From contig JAHEJO010000001.1 in NCBI GenBank assembly GCA_024638805.1, forward strand, positions 31,001-95,000: 64,000 nt of DNA, given 5' to 3'. Positions 45,350 to 55,598 of the stretch are shown piece by piece (positions within the stretch are counted from its first letter, which is position 1; the number at the start of each line of letters is the position of its first letter). The DNA is from Acidimicrobiales bacterium (GTDB taxonomy: Bacteria > Actinomycetota > Acidimicrobiia > Acidimicrobiales > SZUA-35). A model generated the notes under the pieces. That model worked only from the letters and a program-made list of their open reading frames with translations, was not told the origin of the DNA and searched no databases. Position numbers and translations under genes: made by a program.

Positions 45350-46399
45350 GTGACGAACCAGACCGAGATACCAGGGATCGATCCGGGCCCTGTCACCGCC
45401 TGGATGACTGGGACGATCGACGATGTCGAAGCGCCATTGCAGTTCACTCCCATCGCCGGCGGTCACAGCAATCTGACGTTCCGGGTCACCGATGCCAGCG
45501 GGCGCCGACTCGTGCTGCGCCGCCCGCCCCTCGCCGCTGTTCTGGCGACGGCCCACGACATGGTGAGAGAACACCGGGTGATCTCGGCCTTTGGACCCAC
45601 CGCTGTCGCTTGCCCCGCAACCCTCGGGCTCTGCACCGACGAGGCGGTGAACGGTGCCCCGTTCTACGTGATGGAGTTCGTCGACGGTGTCGTGTTGCAC
45701 GATCGTGCTGTCACCGCCGCGACCGTGCCGCTCGACAAACGGATCTCGCTCAGCCATTCGGTGATCGACACACTCGCCGCCCTCCACACGGCCGACCCCG
45801 ACGCCATCGGTCTGGGTGATCTCGGTCGCCGATCGGGGTACCTAGAGCGACAACTCAAGCGCTGGCAAGGTCAATGGGAGAAGACGAGAACCCGTCAACT
45901 GTCCGAAATGGACAGGACCTACGAACTGCTCATGGATGCAATGCCGGAGGAGAACTACAACACGGTCGTCCACGGCGACTACCGCCTCGGGAACATGCTG
46001 GTGGACCCTGCCACGGGCGCGGTCGCGGCCGTTCTGGACTGGGAACTCTGCACGCTCGGCGACCCCCTGGCCGATCTCGGCTACTTACTGAACAACTGGG
46101 TGGGGCCCGAGGACTCCGACCAGGTGGCCGGTGCCACGGACTTCCCGACCGCCGAAGGCGGGTTCTCCACACGCGACGAGCTCATCGGTCGGTACGCCGC
46201 CGCGACCGGCTTCGACGTCGAGAACGCCGACTACTACCGGGCGTTCCAGTTCTGGCGCCTCGGAGCGATCGTCGAAGGTGTGCTGAGCCGGTACATGAAG
46301 GGGGCGCTGGACAACGAGGTCGATCTCGACGCTTTTCGGGTTCAGGTCGACTCACTGGCGGCGATGGCCCTCGACCTGGCCGAGGGCATGGGGAGCTGA
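45350..46399 (+). CDS. Phosphotransferase (APH/choline-kinase-like) family protein
   Basis: Catalytic loop VVHGDYRLGNMLV and LDWELCTLGDPLADLGY. Start uncertain (GTG at 45350 chosen). Confidence 0.8.
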   Translation: MTNQTEIPGIDPGPVTAWMTGTIDDVEAPLQFTPIAGGHSNLTFRVTDASGRRLVLRRPPLAAVLATAHDMVREHRVISAFGPTAVACPATLGLCTDEAVNGAPFYVMEFVDGVVLHDRAVTAATVPLDKRISLSHSVIDTLAALHTADPDAIGLGDLGRRSGYLERQLKRWQGQWEKTRTRQLSEMDRTYELLMDAMPEENYNTVVHGDYRLGNMLVDPATGAVAAVLDWELCTLGDPLADLGYLLNNWVGPEDSDQVAGATDFPTAEGGFSTRDELIGRYAAATGFDVENADYYRAFQFWRLGAIVEGVLSRYMKGALDNEVDLDAFRVQVDSLAAMALDLAEGMGS

Positions 46400-46444
46400 T
46401 CGAGAATCTGACAACGTTTGCCTCTGGCCCTACCGTTTGCGCCC

Positions 46445-47491
46445 ATGACGACCACGGCAAAGAAGATCCGACTCGCCTATTCGACCGGGTACTGGAGTTC
46501 GGGCCCACCTGAAGGCGCACTGGAGGGAATCCTCGAAGCGGACCGACTCGGTTTCGATTCGATCTGGACCGCCGAGGCCTACGGCTCGGACTGCATGACC
46601 CCACTGGCCTGGTGGGGATCGCGGACCGCCACGGTCAAACTCGGTTGTGGTATCGCCCAGATGTCGGCCAGGACCCCGGCCGCCACCGCCATGGCGGCGA
46701 TGACGATCGACCATCTCTCCGGGGGTCGAATGATCCTCGGCATCGGCGCTTCGGGTCCGCAGGTGGTCGAAGGGTGGTACGGCCAGCCCTATCCCAAGCC
46801 GCTGGCCCGTACCCGCGAATACGTGTCGATCCTGCGCCAGATCTTCGCTCGCCAGGAGCCGGTGGTCTTCGACGGGGCCCACTACCAGCTCCCCTTCGAG
46901 GGCGGCACCCGCCTCGGCAAGCCGCTGAAGTCGACGCTCCACCCGTTCCGGCCGGACATCCCGATCTATCTCGCCGCAGAAGGTCCGAAGAACGTCGCTC
47001 TTTCGGCGGAGATCTGTGACGGCTGGTTGCCGTTGTTCTTCACGCCCAAGGAGGACGGCTGGTACCGAGCCCGCCTGGCCGAGGGGTTCGAGGCCGCCGG
47101 CGACCTGGGCAAAGCGGAGCGTTTCGAGGTGTACTCGCCGCTGTGGATCTCGCCCGACGACGATGTCGAGAAGGCGGCGGACCGGATACGCCCCGTGCTA
47201 GCGCTCTACGCCGGCGGGATGGGGGCCAAAGGAGCCAATTTCCATTTTGACGTGTTCGCCCGCATGGGCTGGGAAGCGGCAGCCACCAAGATCCAGGAGT
47301 TGTACCTGGAGGGTCGCAAGGAGGAAGCCATCGCCGCGGTGCCGCTGGCGATGGTCGAGGACGTCGCTCTCGTCGGTCCGATTCCGAAGATCCAGGAAGA
47401 GTTGGCCGAGTGGCGCAAGACATGCATCACGACGTTCATGCTGAGCGGCCCCGCCAGCATGCTCGAACTGTTCGCCGCCGCTCTGGGCTGA
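46445..47491 (+). CDS. LLM-class (luciferase-like) oxidoreductase, F420-dependent type by resemblance
   Basis: LGFDSIWTAEAYGSD, ILGIGASGPQVVEGWYG, and overall LLM architecture. The cofactor cannot be verified from sequence here. Confidence 0.75.
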   Translation: MTTTAKKIRLAYSTGYWSSGPPEGALEGILEADRLGFDSIWTAEAYGSDCMTPLAWWGSRTATVKLGCGIAQMSARTPAATAMAAMTIDHLSGGRMILGIGASGPQVVEGWYGQPYPKPLARTREYVSILRQIFARQEPVVFDGAHYQLPFEGGTRLGKPLKSTLHPFRPDIPIYLAAEGPKNVALSAEICDGWLPLFFTPKEDGWYRARLAEGFEAAGDLGKAERFEVYSPLWISPDDDVEKAADRIRPVLALYAGGMGAKGANFHFDVFARMGWEAAATKIQELYLEGRKEEAIAAVPLAMVEDVALVGPIPKIQEELAEWRKTCITTFMLSGPASMLELFAAALG

Positions 47492-47495
47492 GCGC

Positions 47496-48332
47496 TCAAC
47501 CGATCAAACGGTCGAGAGCTGCGCCGATCCCAGAACCCTGATCGGCCTCGGCCCGAATCCGCCCGACCCAGGTAGCCGACACCTTTCCCTCGGCGATGGC
47601 GTTCACGTCGCTGCCGTTCTCACCGACCCACTTGGAGCCCCAATCGATTTCGACCCTGTAGGAGTTGGTGTGACCGCCGATCACCTCCAGGCGAGCTCTC
47701 GAGGACTCCTGGGGCGGTTCTTCGGCGATGGTCGTCCACGCCCATTTACTGATCTCGGCCAGTGGTTTGTCGGGAACGTTCAGATTCAGGACTGCCGGTT
47801 CTCCGCTCGCTGAGTCCAGCACCGCCTTGGTGGCCCGGGCCGCGATCACCGCAGCGGTCGACCAGTCGATCTTGGCGATGGCCTCCTCCCAGGTCTGGCC
47901 GTCGGTGGCCCACTCCTGTAGCGCCTGGCTGACCGCGATCCCCGGAACCCCGCCGTTGCGACCGGTCAAGCAAGCGCCGACCGTGCCGGAATGGTAGACG
48001 CTGCGGCCCACGTTGGCGCCTGGGTTGATGCCGCTCACGATCAGGTCCGGTTGAACGCCGAAGGCGCCCATGCGGGCGAAGAGAATACACAGTGCCGGTG
48101 GACCATTGATCGCCCACACGTTGTCGCCGGGAAGGTCCGGGATGGACCGCCGGTGGGCCTCGGGTTCGATGTCGAAGATCGACCCGATAGCAGAACTGGA
48201 CCCGCTGTATTCCTGATCGGGGGCAACGACCATGACGTCACCGTGTTCGGCGACGGCACAGGCGAGAGCATGCAATCCCAGCGAGTCGATGCCGTCGTCG
48301 TTGGTGACAAGGATCTGCCTGCGTTTGGCCAT
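47496..48332 (-). CDS. surE: 5'/3'-nucleotidase SurE
   Basis: ILVTNDDGIDSLGL N-terminal motif, SGINPGANVG, and YSGTVGA-like HSGTVGAC. Confidence 0.9.
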   Translation of the reverse strand: MAKRRQILVTNDDGIDSLGLHALACAVAEHGDVMVVAPDQEYSGSSSAIGSIFDIEPEAHRRSIPDLPGDNVWAINGPPALCILFARMGAFGVQPDLIVSGINPGANVGRSVYHSGTVGACLTGRNGGVPGIAVSQALQEWATDGQTWEEAIAKIDWSTAAVIAARATKAVLDSASGEPAVLNLNVPDKPLAEISKWAWTTIAEEPPQESSRARLEVIGGHTNSYRVEIDWGSKWVGENGSDVNAIAEGKVSATWVGRIRAEADQGSGIGAALDRLIG

Positions 48333-48479
48333 GTCTTCACGATAGGCCTCTTCTCGAAAGGCACCGTGACCGGGCCCGCCTTCTGCGCGTTTTCAACAGC
48401 GGCGATCGAACGGTCCGCGCAACCGGTTCCCGGAGGGGCCGACCGTGCTGCTAACGTCTCAATCGAGTCGCACGTGTTG

Positions 48480-48650
48480 TGTGGGAGAGCACCGGTCCGA
48501 TCCCGGTCGCCGAAGGAGCAACCGCCCCGGAAACTCTCAGGCACCCTTACCGCACAGCCGATCGGCTCCTCTGGAGAGTGTCGGAGGGAGCGATCCCCAA
48601 CCGATCACCGAAGGGGCAAACGCTCTCAGGTACCGACGACAGAGGGGGTG
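48480..48650 (+). promoter_or_regulatory. Tandem glycine riboswitch (two aptamers) in the gcvT leader
   Basis: Aptamer 1: GGGAGAG..GCCGAAGGAGCAA..CTCAGGCA. Aptamer 2: CTCTGGAGAG..CACCGAAGGGGCAA..CTCAGGTACCGACGACAGAGGG. It lies directly upstream of the gcvT start at 48679. Confidence 0.9.
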
Positions 48651-48678
48651 TCTCCACCACGTCTCTTGAGGTACCCCG

Positions 48679-49788
48679 ATGTCGGCAAATCAACTGAAAA
48701 GAACGCCACTCCACGGTTTGCACCTGGAGTTGGATGCTCGGCTCGTGCCATTCGCCGGGTGGGAGATGCCCATCCAATTCGAAGGTGTTGTTGCAGAGCA
48801 CACATGGTGCCGCGCATCGGCAGCATTGTTCGATGTGGCCCACATGGCGGTGGTCGAGTTATGGGGGGAGGATCCGACCGCTGCGCTCGAAACCATCACG
48901 CCGGGCGGATATCGCAACCTGGCGCCCGGCCGTCAGCGATATGGGCTCTTCACCAACGACACCGGTGGCATAATCGACGACTTCATGGGCGTCAACTGGG
49001 GTGATCACCTCACCCTGGTCGTGAATGCCGGCCGAGCCGACGTCGACCTCCCCCATCTGAGCGACCGACTCGGTCCGCTGGGTATCGACGTCCGGCCGGC
49101 GCCCGACATCGCGCTGCTCGCCATCCAGGGCCCGCTCGCCGCAGACGTCGTCATCGCTCTCGACCCGGGTTTGGCTGACACCGTTTTCCTCGACGCCCGT
49201 CGCGCCGATCTGGGTGGCGTCCAGGCGTGCGCGTTCCGGGCCGGATACACCGGCGAAGACGGGTTCGAGTTGGCGGTCCCAGCCGAAGACGCCGAGGCTC
49301 TCGCCCGGCGCCTCCTTTCCGACGATCGGGTCAAACCGGCCGGCTTGGGCGCCCGGGACACGCTTCGCCTCGAGGCGGGACTGTGCCTCTACGGCAACGA
49401 CCTGGACGAAACCACCTCACCGGTCGAAGCCGACCTGAAGTGGACGATCCCCAAACGCAGGCGCGACGCAGCCGACTTTCCCGGGGCCGGGCGCATCCTG
49501 GACGAATGGAGCCACGGCCCCCAACGGGTCCGAGTCGGCATACAGCCCCTCGGGCGCCGACCGGTCCGGGACCGCGCCACCCTCCACATTCCCGGGGGCG
49601 AGGCGGTAGGCACCGTGACCAGCGGCGGTTTCGGACCATCGGTCGAGGCTCCGGTGGCCATGGGCTACGTCCAACCCGAGGCTGCCGCCATCGGCACTGA
49701 ACTCATCGCCGACGTGCGCGGCCGGGATGAGGCGTGTGTCGTGGCATCACTGCCGTTCTTCCCCCACCGTTTCCACCGAGGAGCATGA
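48679..49788 (+). CDS. gcvT: Glycine cleavage system aminomethyltransferase (T protein)
   Basis: RTPLH..H..L.A..V.F.GW.MP..F, GYTGEDGFEL, and GARDTLRLEAG motifs. Confidence 0.95.
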   Translation: MSANQLKRTPLHGLHLELDARLVPFAGWEMPIQFEGVVAEHTWCRASAALFDVAHMAVVELWGEDPTAALETITPGGYRNLAPGRQRYGLFTNDTGGIIDDFMGVNWGDHLTLVVNAGRADVDLPHLSDRLGPLGIDVRPAPDIALLAIQGPLAADVVIALDPGLADTVFLDARRADLGGVQACAFRAGYTGEDGFELAVPAEDAEALARRLLSDDRVKPAGLGARDTLRLEAGLCLYGNDLDETTSPVEADLKWTIPKRRRDAADFPGAGRILDEWSHGPQRVRVGIQPLGRRPVRDRATLHIPGGEAVGTVTSGGFGPSVEAPVAMGYVQPEAAAIGTELIADVRGRDEACVVASLPFFPHRFHRGA

Positions 49789-49791
49789 GCG

Positions 49792-52647
49792 ATGACCTCC
49801 CCCGACACCCATCACAGCTTTGCCGACCGTCACATCGGGCTAAGCGAGCACGAACGCCAGAAGATGCTCGCCGATCTCGGCTACAGGTCCGCCAGCGATC
49901 TGCTCGAGGACGCCGTTCCCGACGACATTCACGTCAACGTCCGCCTCGAGCTTCCTGAGGCGCTGAGCGAAACCCAGGCGGTGACCCGGCTCCGCTCCTA
50001 CGCCGATCGGAACGAGCTGTTCACCAGCTTGATCGGGCAGGGCTGGAACGACACGATCACTCCAGCCGTCATCCGCCGGAACATGGTGGAGAATCCGGCG
50101 TGGTACACCTCCTACACCCCCTACCAGCCCGAGATCAGCCAGGGCCGACTCGAGATGCTGCTCGTCTTCCAGACGATGATCGCCGATCTGACCGGGTGCG
50201 AATTGGCAAACGCATCGTTGCTGGACGAGTCGACAGCCGCAGCGGAGGCCATGACCATGTTGCGACGCATCGACCGGACGAAACGCTCGACGTTCTTCGT
50301 CGATGCCGACTGCCACCCTCAGACGATCGCGGTGTGCACCACACGATCGGCTCCTCTCGGAATCGAAGTGGTCATCGGTGATCCGGCCATCGACCTTGAT
50401 CCCAACGAGGTCTACGGAGCACTCCTCGCTCAGCCCGGCTCGAGCGGGCTCGTCGCCGACCTGGCACCGATCATCGAGGCGCTCCATGCCGCCGGAGCCA
50501 CCGCCGCGGTCACGACCGATCTGTTCTTCTGCACGATCGCCACCCCACCGGGCGAGGTCGGCGCTGACGTGGTCGTGGGCAGCGCCCAGCGCTTCGGCGT
50601 ACCGATGGGTTTCGGCGGCCCGCATGCGGGCTTCATGGCAGCCAAGGAAAAACACGCACGCTCGTTGCCGGGTCGCCTCGTGGGGGTCAGCGTCGATACC
50701 CGCGGCCTGCCCGCCTACCGTCTCGCCCTCCAGACCCGGGAACAACACATCCGGCGGGACAGGGCAACGTCGAACATCTGCACCGCCCAGGCTCTCCTCG
50801 CCAACGTCGCCGCCGCATATGCTTGTTGGCACGGGCCGGAGGGCCTCGCCGCTATCGCTCGACGGGTGAACCGGTTGACCGCCACTCTTCGTTCGGTGCT
50901 CACCGAGGCCGGTTTTGCGGTGTCCGAGACCTTCTTCGACACGCTCACCGTCGAGGTCGCCGATGGTGCAGATCGGGTCATCGCCGCCGCCGCCCAACAG
51001 CGGATCAACCTGCGCCGGCTGGACGGCCGGCGGGTGGGTATCAGTCTCGACGAAACCACGACCTCCGATGTCATCGCCAGGGTGGCAGCAGCATTCGGCA
51101 TATCCTACCCCGGCGATGCCGGTGAGGAAGCAGGAGAAACACTCCACGGGATCCCCGCGTCCCAGCGCCGGACCAGCCCGTTCCTCACCGACGACCGTTT
51201 CCACCGTTTCCAGACCGAACACGAGATGTTGCGGTGGCTCCGACGTCTCGCCGACCGGGATCTCGCCCTCGACCGAACGATGATTCCGCTCGGATCGTGC
51301 ACGATGAAACTGAACGCCGCCTCGGAGATGGAACCCATCAGTTGGCCAGGGTTCGCCGACATCCATCCGTTCGCGCCGGCGGACCAGACAAACGGTTATG
51401 CCATGTTGATCTCCGATCTCGCGAACGAACTGGCGAAGATCACCGGCTATGACGCCATCAGCCTCCAGCCCAACGCCGGCAGTCAGGGAGAGTATGCCGG
51501 CCTGTTGGCAATCCGGGCCTGGCACGAGAGCCGCGGACACCACGACCGGACCATCTGTCTCATACCCTCATCGGCCCACGGCACCAACGCCGCATCGGCG
51601 GTGATGGCCGGTCTGAGGGTGGTCGTCGTCGCCTGCAACGATCGCGGTGACATCGACCTCGACGACCTCAGCGCCAAGATCGACGATCACGGCCCGAATC
51701 TCGCCGCACTCATGGTGACGTACCCATCGACACACGGTGTGTACGAACACACCGTCACCGAGGTCTGCGCCCGGGTGCACGATGCCGGTGGACAGGTCTA
51801 CACCGATGGAGCGAACCTCAATGCGCTCGTCGGCATCGCCCAGCCTGGCCGGTTCGGCTCCGACGTCAGCCACCTGAACCTGCACAAGACATTCTGCATA
51901 CCTCACGGCGGCGGCGGACCCGGCGTGGGACCCATCGGCGTGGGAGAACACCTGATCCCGTTCCTTCCCGAGATCGATCTCGGCGAACCCGGCACCGCCC
52001 GGCGACGGATCTCGGGAGCACCCTTCGGGTCGGCGGGCATCCTGCCGATCTCGTGGATGTACCTGCGCATGATGGGACCCGATGGTTTGCGCAGAGCGAC
52101 CGAGGGGGCGGTCCTGGCTGCCAACTACGTCGCCAGCCGGCTCCGCGAGCACTACCCGATCCTGTACACGGGGCCCGGTGGGCTCATCGCCCACGAATGC
52201 ATCATCGACATCCGGCCGCTTCACGAGACGACCGGGGTGGACGTCGACGACATCGCCAAGCGCCTGGCAGACTACGGCTTCCATGCTCCGACGATGAGCT
52301 TTCCCGTCGGTGGCACGCTCATGATCGAACCGACCGAGAGCGAGAGCCTCGCTGAACTCGACCGTTTCTGCGACGCCATGATCGCCATCGCCAACGAGAT
52401 CGGTCAGGTTGCCTCCGGTGAGTTCACGATCGATGACAGTCCGCTCCGCCATGCACCCCACACCGCTGCCGACCTCACCGCCGACGAGTGGACCCGTCCC
52501 TACCCTCGCAGCCAGGCCGCGTTCCCTCTGGCCGGGATGACGAGCGACAAGTACTTCCCACCGGTCGGCCGGATCGACAACGCCCACGGTGATCGGCACC
52601 TCCAGTGTTCGTGTCCTCCGCTCGATGCGTTCGCCGAGACCGTGTGA
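49792..52647 (+). CDS. gcvP: Glycine dehydrogenase (decarboxylating), single-chain P protein
   Basis: 951 aa. [33 protein letters not shown] (PLP-Lys region). Confidence 0.95.
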   Translation: MTSPDTHHSFADRHIGLSEHERQKMLADLGYRSASDLLEDAVPDDIHVNVRLELPEALSETQAVTRLRSYADRNELFTSLIGQGWNDTITPAVIRRNMVENPAWYTSYTPYQPEISQGRLEMLLVFQTMIADLTGCELANASLLDESTAAAEAMTMLRRIDRTKRSTFFVDADCHPQTIAVCTTRSAPLGIEVVIGDPAIDLDPNEVYGALLAQPGSSGLVADLAPIIEALHAAGATAAVTTDLFFCTIATPPGEVGADVVVGSAQRFGVPMGFGGPHAGFMAAKEKHARSLPGRLVGVSVDTRGLPAYRLALQTREQHIRRDRATSNICTAQALLANVAAAYACWHGPEGLAAIARRVNRLTATLRSVLTEAGFAVSETFFDTLTVEVADGADRVIAAAAQQRINLRRLDGRRVGISLDETTTSDVIARVAAAFGISYPGDAGEEAGETLHGIPASQRRTSPFLTDDRFHRFQTEHEMLRWLRRLADRDLALDRTMIPLGSCTMKLNAASEMEPISWPGFADIHPFAPADQTNGYAMLISDLANELAKITGYDAISLQPNAGSQGEYAGLLAIRAWHESRGHHDRTICLIPSSAHGTNAASAVMAGLRVVVVACNDRGDIDLDDLSAKIDDHGPNLAALMVTYPSTHGVYEHTVTEVCARVHDAGGQVYTDGANLNALVGIAQPGRFGSDVSHLNLHKTFCIPHGGGGPGVGPIGVGEHLIPFLPEIDLGEPGTARRRISGAPFGSAGILPISWMYLRMMGPDGLRRATEGAVLAANYVASRLREHYPILYTGPGGLIAHECIIDIRPLHETTGVDVDDIAKRLADYGFHAPTMSFPVGGTLMIEPTESESLAELDRFCDAMIAIANEIGQVASGEFTIDDSPLRHAPHTAADLTADEWTRPYPRSQAAFPLAGMTSDKYFPPVGRIDNAHGDRHLQCSCPPLDAFAETV

Positions 52648-52691
52648 CAATAGCTATTGCGTCATGGGGGTCGTCGGACTACCGTTGACCT

Positions 52692-53066
52692 GTGAACACC
52701 AACGCGTCGCCCGACAACGACCACCTCGTGGTCTTCGAAGCCGCCCTGGCCGATCTGCAGCGCACCGCCGAACTCAACATCGCCACCGGAACGCTCATGC
52801 AGGAACGCATCGAGTGGTTTCGTCGACAACTGGCGTCGGGACGATCGATCGTGGAAGCCGTGCAGGACGAGGACAGTCCGCCTCTGGTGGAGTTGGTCAC
52901 CCACAACATGGATCGGTTGCACACGGTCGGGGCTCGTTACCGTGCCGCACAGGCCCACGCACTTCGTGAGGAGGGTCTGACGATGGCAGCGATCGCCCAG
53001 TTGTTCGGTCTCACCCGTCAGCGCATCTCGGCTCTGTTACGCCAGAAGAGCGCGCCCGGACACTGA
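52692..53066 (+). CDS. Small helix-turn-helix protein (sigma-70 region-4-like C-terminus)
   Basis: C-terminal LREEGLTMAAIAQLFGLTRQRISALLRQ HTH pattern. GTG start. Confidence 0.55.
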   Translation: MNTNASPDNDHLVVFEAALADLQRTAELNIATGTLMQERIEWFRRQLASGRSIVEAVQDEDSPPLVELVTHNMDRLHTVGARYRAAQAHALREEGLTMAAIAQLFGLTRQRISALLRQKSAPGH

Positions 53067-53103
53067 CCCTTGCCGGGAGGGTGGATCGATCGCCGGAAAC
53101 GGG

Positions 53104-53658
53104 CTACTTCGCAGCTCGAAAGGCACGCGACAGCAGCGGACTGTCCGCTCCAAGGCCCTCCGCTTCGTCCTCGGTGTCGTCGGCTTCCTCACCGTGTTTG
53201 GGCCAGCGAAATCCTTCGGTCGGCGCTTCCTTGCCGGTCTCGTCGTCCCGGGGCCTCACGGGGGCGGCCTCGGCGGTCACGGCCTCAGGCGCCGTTGTCC
53301 CTGCCTCGTCGTCGACACGATCCTCAGCGCGGCGGTGAGGGGTTTCTCGCGGTCGTCGTGCACTCGGGCGAGCGGTCGGCGGCGAGAATCGTGGCACGGC
53401 AACGTCGTCGTCCTCTGCGGACCACACCTCGATCTTTTTGGCGCCGGTCCGTCGATCGACCAACTGCCAGCCGATGGGGGCCGTCCGTGACGATGCGTGA
53501 CGCTCGCACAAGGGCATCCCGTTGCGAGCGTGGGTCAAATCGATGAGTACAGCGGTCGATCGGTCGGCATCGAACTGAAGGCTTGCTGCAGCCTTCTCTC
53601 GACACCCGATGCGGCTGCAAATCAAACCCACGGCGCAAAGAGTACCTCCTACCGGCAT
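53104..53658 (-). CDS. DUF3499 domain protein
   Basis: CSRIGCREKAAASLQFD...LCERHASSRTAPIGWQLVDRR matches the DUF3499 pattern. Acidic low-complexity tail. Start uncertain. Confidence 0.7.
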   Translation of the reverse strand: MPVGGTLCAVGLICSRIGCREKAAASLQFDADRSTAVLIDLTHARNGMPLCERHASSRTAPIGWQLVDRRTGAKKIEVWSAEDDDVAVPRFSPPTARPSARRPRETPHRRAEDRVDDEAGTTAPEAVTAEAAPVRPRDDETGKEAPTEGFRWPKHGEEADDTEDEAEGLGADSPLLSRAFRAAK

Positions 53659-53667
53659 GCTGTGGTG

Positions 53668-54642
53668 ATGGAACGGGCACGAGAATTCCTTCGCCCGGCC
53701 GCCGACGCCAATGGAGCGCTCGTCAGAGTGCTTCGGATCACTGGCATGGGACTTCGCAACGGCGATGACGGGGCGGTGATCGTCCCGAACGACCGGGGTG
53801 GCGCCACCGTCCTGGGGTCGGTGATCGGGGGCTTCGCCGATTCCCTGATCTCGACCCAGCCGCGCACCGAAAGAACGATCGTCGAGGTGGCGATCACCGA
53901 CCGGGAGGCGGTCGATGCCGACCTGGTCTGCGGAGGTCAGGCGACCCTACTGATCTCCCCACTGTCGGACCTGGCTCCCGAGGCGATCGCGTGGTTCGAG
54001 GCATCCGAGCCGGTCGTGCTGGTCACCCGGGCCGATGGACGCGGTGGGGAACTGTCGGTCGGCCCTCGCGGCCATGTCGGATCGGTCGGACCGGACGAGG
54101 CGGCTCTGTCCACCGCCCGCAAGGTCATGCGCGGCGGGGTATCGGTCGCCGAAATCCACGAGATCGAAGGAACACAACTCCTGTTCAGCGCAGCAGTCCC
54201 GCGCACTCGAGCCGTCATCGTCGGGAGCGGCTCGATGGCCGACGCGTTCGCAGCCCAGGGTGCGCTGATGAACTGGGACGTGACGATCACCGACGAAGCG
54301 ACACCGGCGATCGAGTTGTGCGGCACCGCGACGGCCGCCGACGCCCTGATCGTCATCAGCCACGACCCAGAGGTGTCCACCGCCGTGCTGGCGGCGGGTC
54401 TCGACAGCGCAATGGGCTACATCGGAGCCATGGGGTCCCGCAAGACTCAATCGGCGCGATCGGTTCGGCTGAAGGCCCTCGGCCATGACGACCTCGACCG
54501 GATCTGCGGTCCCCTGGGGTTGGATCTCGGATCGAGGACACCGGCGGAAACAGCCGTGGCCATGGCTGCGGAGTTCCTCGCCGTCCGGCAGGGGCGGCCC
54601 CCGGTTCGCCTGTCGAGCCATGACGGCCCGATCCATTCATGA
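53668..54642 (+). CDS. XdhC/CoxI family accessory protein
   Basis: XdhC N-domain-like ...LVRVLRITG.., Rossmann part RAVIVGSGSMADAFA, and GYIGAMGSRKT. ATG at 53668 lies inside a longer track ORF. Confidence 0.75.
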   Translation: MERAREFLRPAADANGALVRVLRITGMGLRNGDDGAVIVPNDRGGATVLGSVIGGFADSLISTQPRTERTIVEVAITDREAVDADLVCGGQATLLISPLSDLAPEAIAWFEASEPVVLVTRADGRGGELSVGPRGHVGSVGPDEAALSTARKVMRGGVSVAEIHEIEGTQLLFSAAVPRTRAVIVGSGSMADAFAAQGALMNWDVTITDEATPAIELCGTATAADALIVISHDPEVSTAVLAAGLDSAMGYIGAMGSRKTQSARSVRLKALGHDDLDRICGPLGLDLGSRTPAETAVAMAAEFLAVRQGRPPVRLSSHDGPIHS

Positions 54643-55598
54643 CCGGCGATCCCGGTGATCTGTCCCGGCCGGTCCCTCCCCACCCGCTGCCCGAGCTCGG
54701 TCCCTACGGTGGACCGCTACCCCGACGGGACAACCCGATCAGCAAAGTGCGAGGCGCTGCCCTCGGCTCCCTCCGCCGGTTCGGCGCCGCGACCTCGGCT
54801 CTGCGAGCCAAACCCGACTATCTGATCATCGGCACCAAACGGGGCGGCAGCACGTCACTGGCCCGATGGCTCGTCGAACATCCCGACGTGGCCTCGCTCT
54901 TCCCCAGCCGGGAGGGCCGCAAGGGGACGTACTATTTCGACGTCAACTACCATCGCGGCTCGAAGTGGCACCTGTCCCACTACCCGACGAGGACGTCGAT
55001 GGCACTCCGAGAACGTCGCGCCGGGCGGCCCCAACTCATCGGCGAAGCCGACCCCTATCACCTCCACCACCCCCATGCCGCAGTCCGGGCCAGAACGATG
55101 GTGCCCGACGCCAAGGTCATCGCACTGTTGCGCCATCCGGTCGACCGCGCCTACGGGCACTGGGGGGAACGGACCCGCAACGGTGTCGAGTGGCTGCCCT
55201 TCCCGGAGGCGATCGAGGCGGAGCCGGCCCGCATCGAAGGCGAAGAACAGCGCATGATCGACCAACCCGGTTACCTGAGCTTTGCCCACCAGCACTACTC
55301 CTATGTGGATCAGGGCCGCTACGAGCGCGGACTGAGACGGTGGATGACCCACTGGCCGGCGCCGCAACTGCTCATCCTCCGGTCCGAGGACATGTACGCC
55401 GATCCGGCCCGGATCTACGCGCGCGTGCTCGACTTCCTGGGATTGGCACCATTCGAACCGTCTGCGTTCACCGCGTGGAACAAGAACCCCACGACGGATC
55501 TCGACCCGGCTATCCGATCCCGGTTGTGGGAGATGCTCCACCCGAGCGTGCAAGCCCTCGAGGCACTTCTCGGGCGGTCGATGGGGTGGACGCAGTGA
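54639..55598 (+). CDS. Sulfotransferase family protein
   Basis: PAPS 5'-phosphosulfate-binding loop-like YLIIGTKRGGSTSLARWL and ALLRHPVDRAYGHW. The ATG overlaps the xdhC-like stop (ATGA). Confidence 0.75.
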   Translation: MTGDPGDLSRPVPPHPLPELGPYGGPLPRRDNPISKVRGAALGSLRRFGAATSALRAKPDYLIIGTKRGGSTSLARWLVEHPDVASLFPSREGRKGTYYFDVNYHRGSKWHLSHYPTRTSMALRERRAGRPQLIGEADPYHLHHPHAAVRARTMVPDAKVIALLRHPVDRAYGHWGERTRNGVEWLPFPEAIEAEPARIEGEEQRMIDQPGYLSFAHQHYSYVDQGRYERGLRRWMTHWPAPQLLILRSEDMYADPARIYARVLDFLGLAPFEPSAFTAWNKNPTTDLDPAIRSRLWEMLHPSVQALEALLGRSMGWTQ

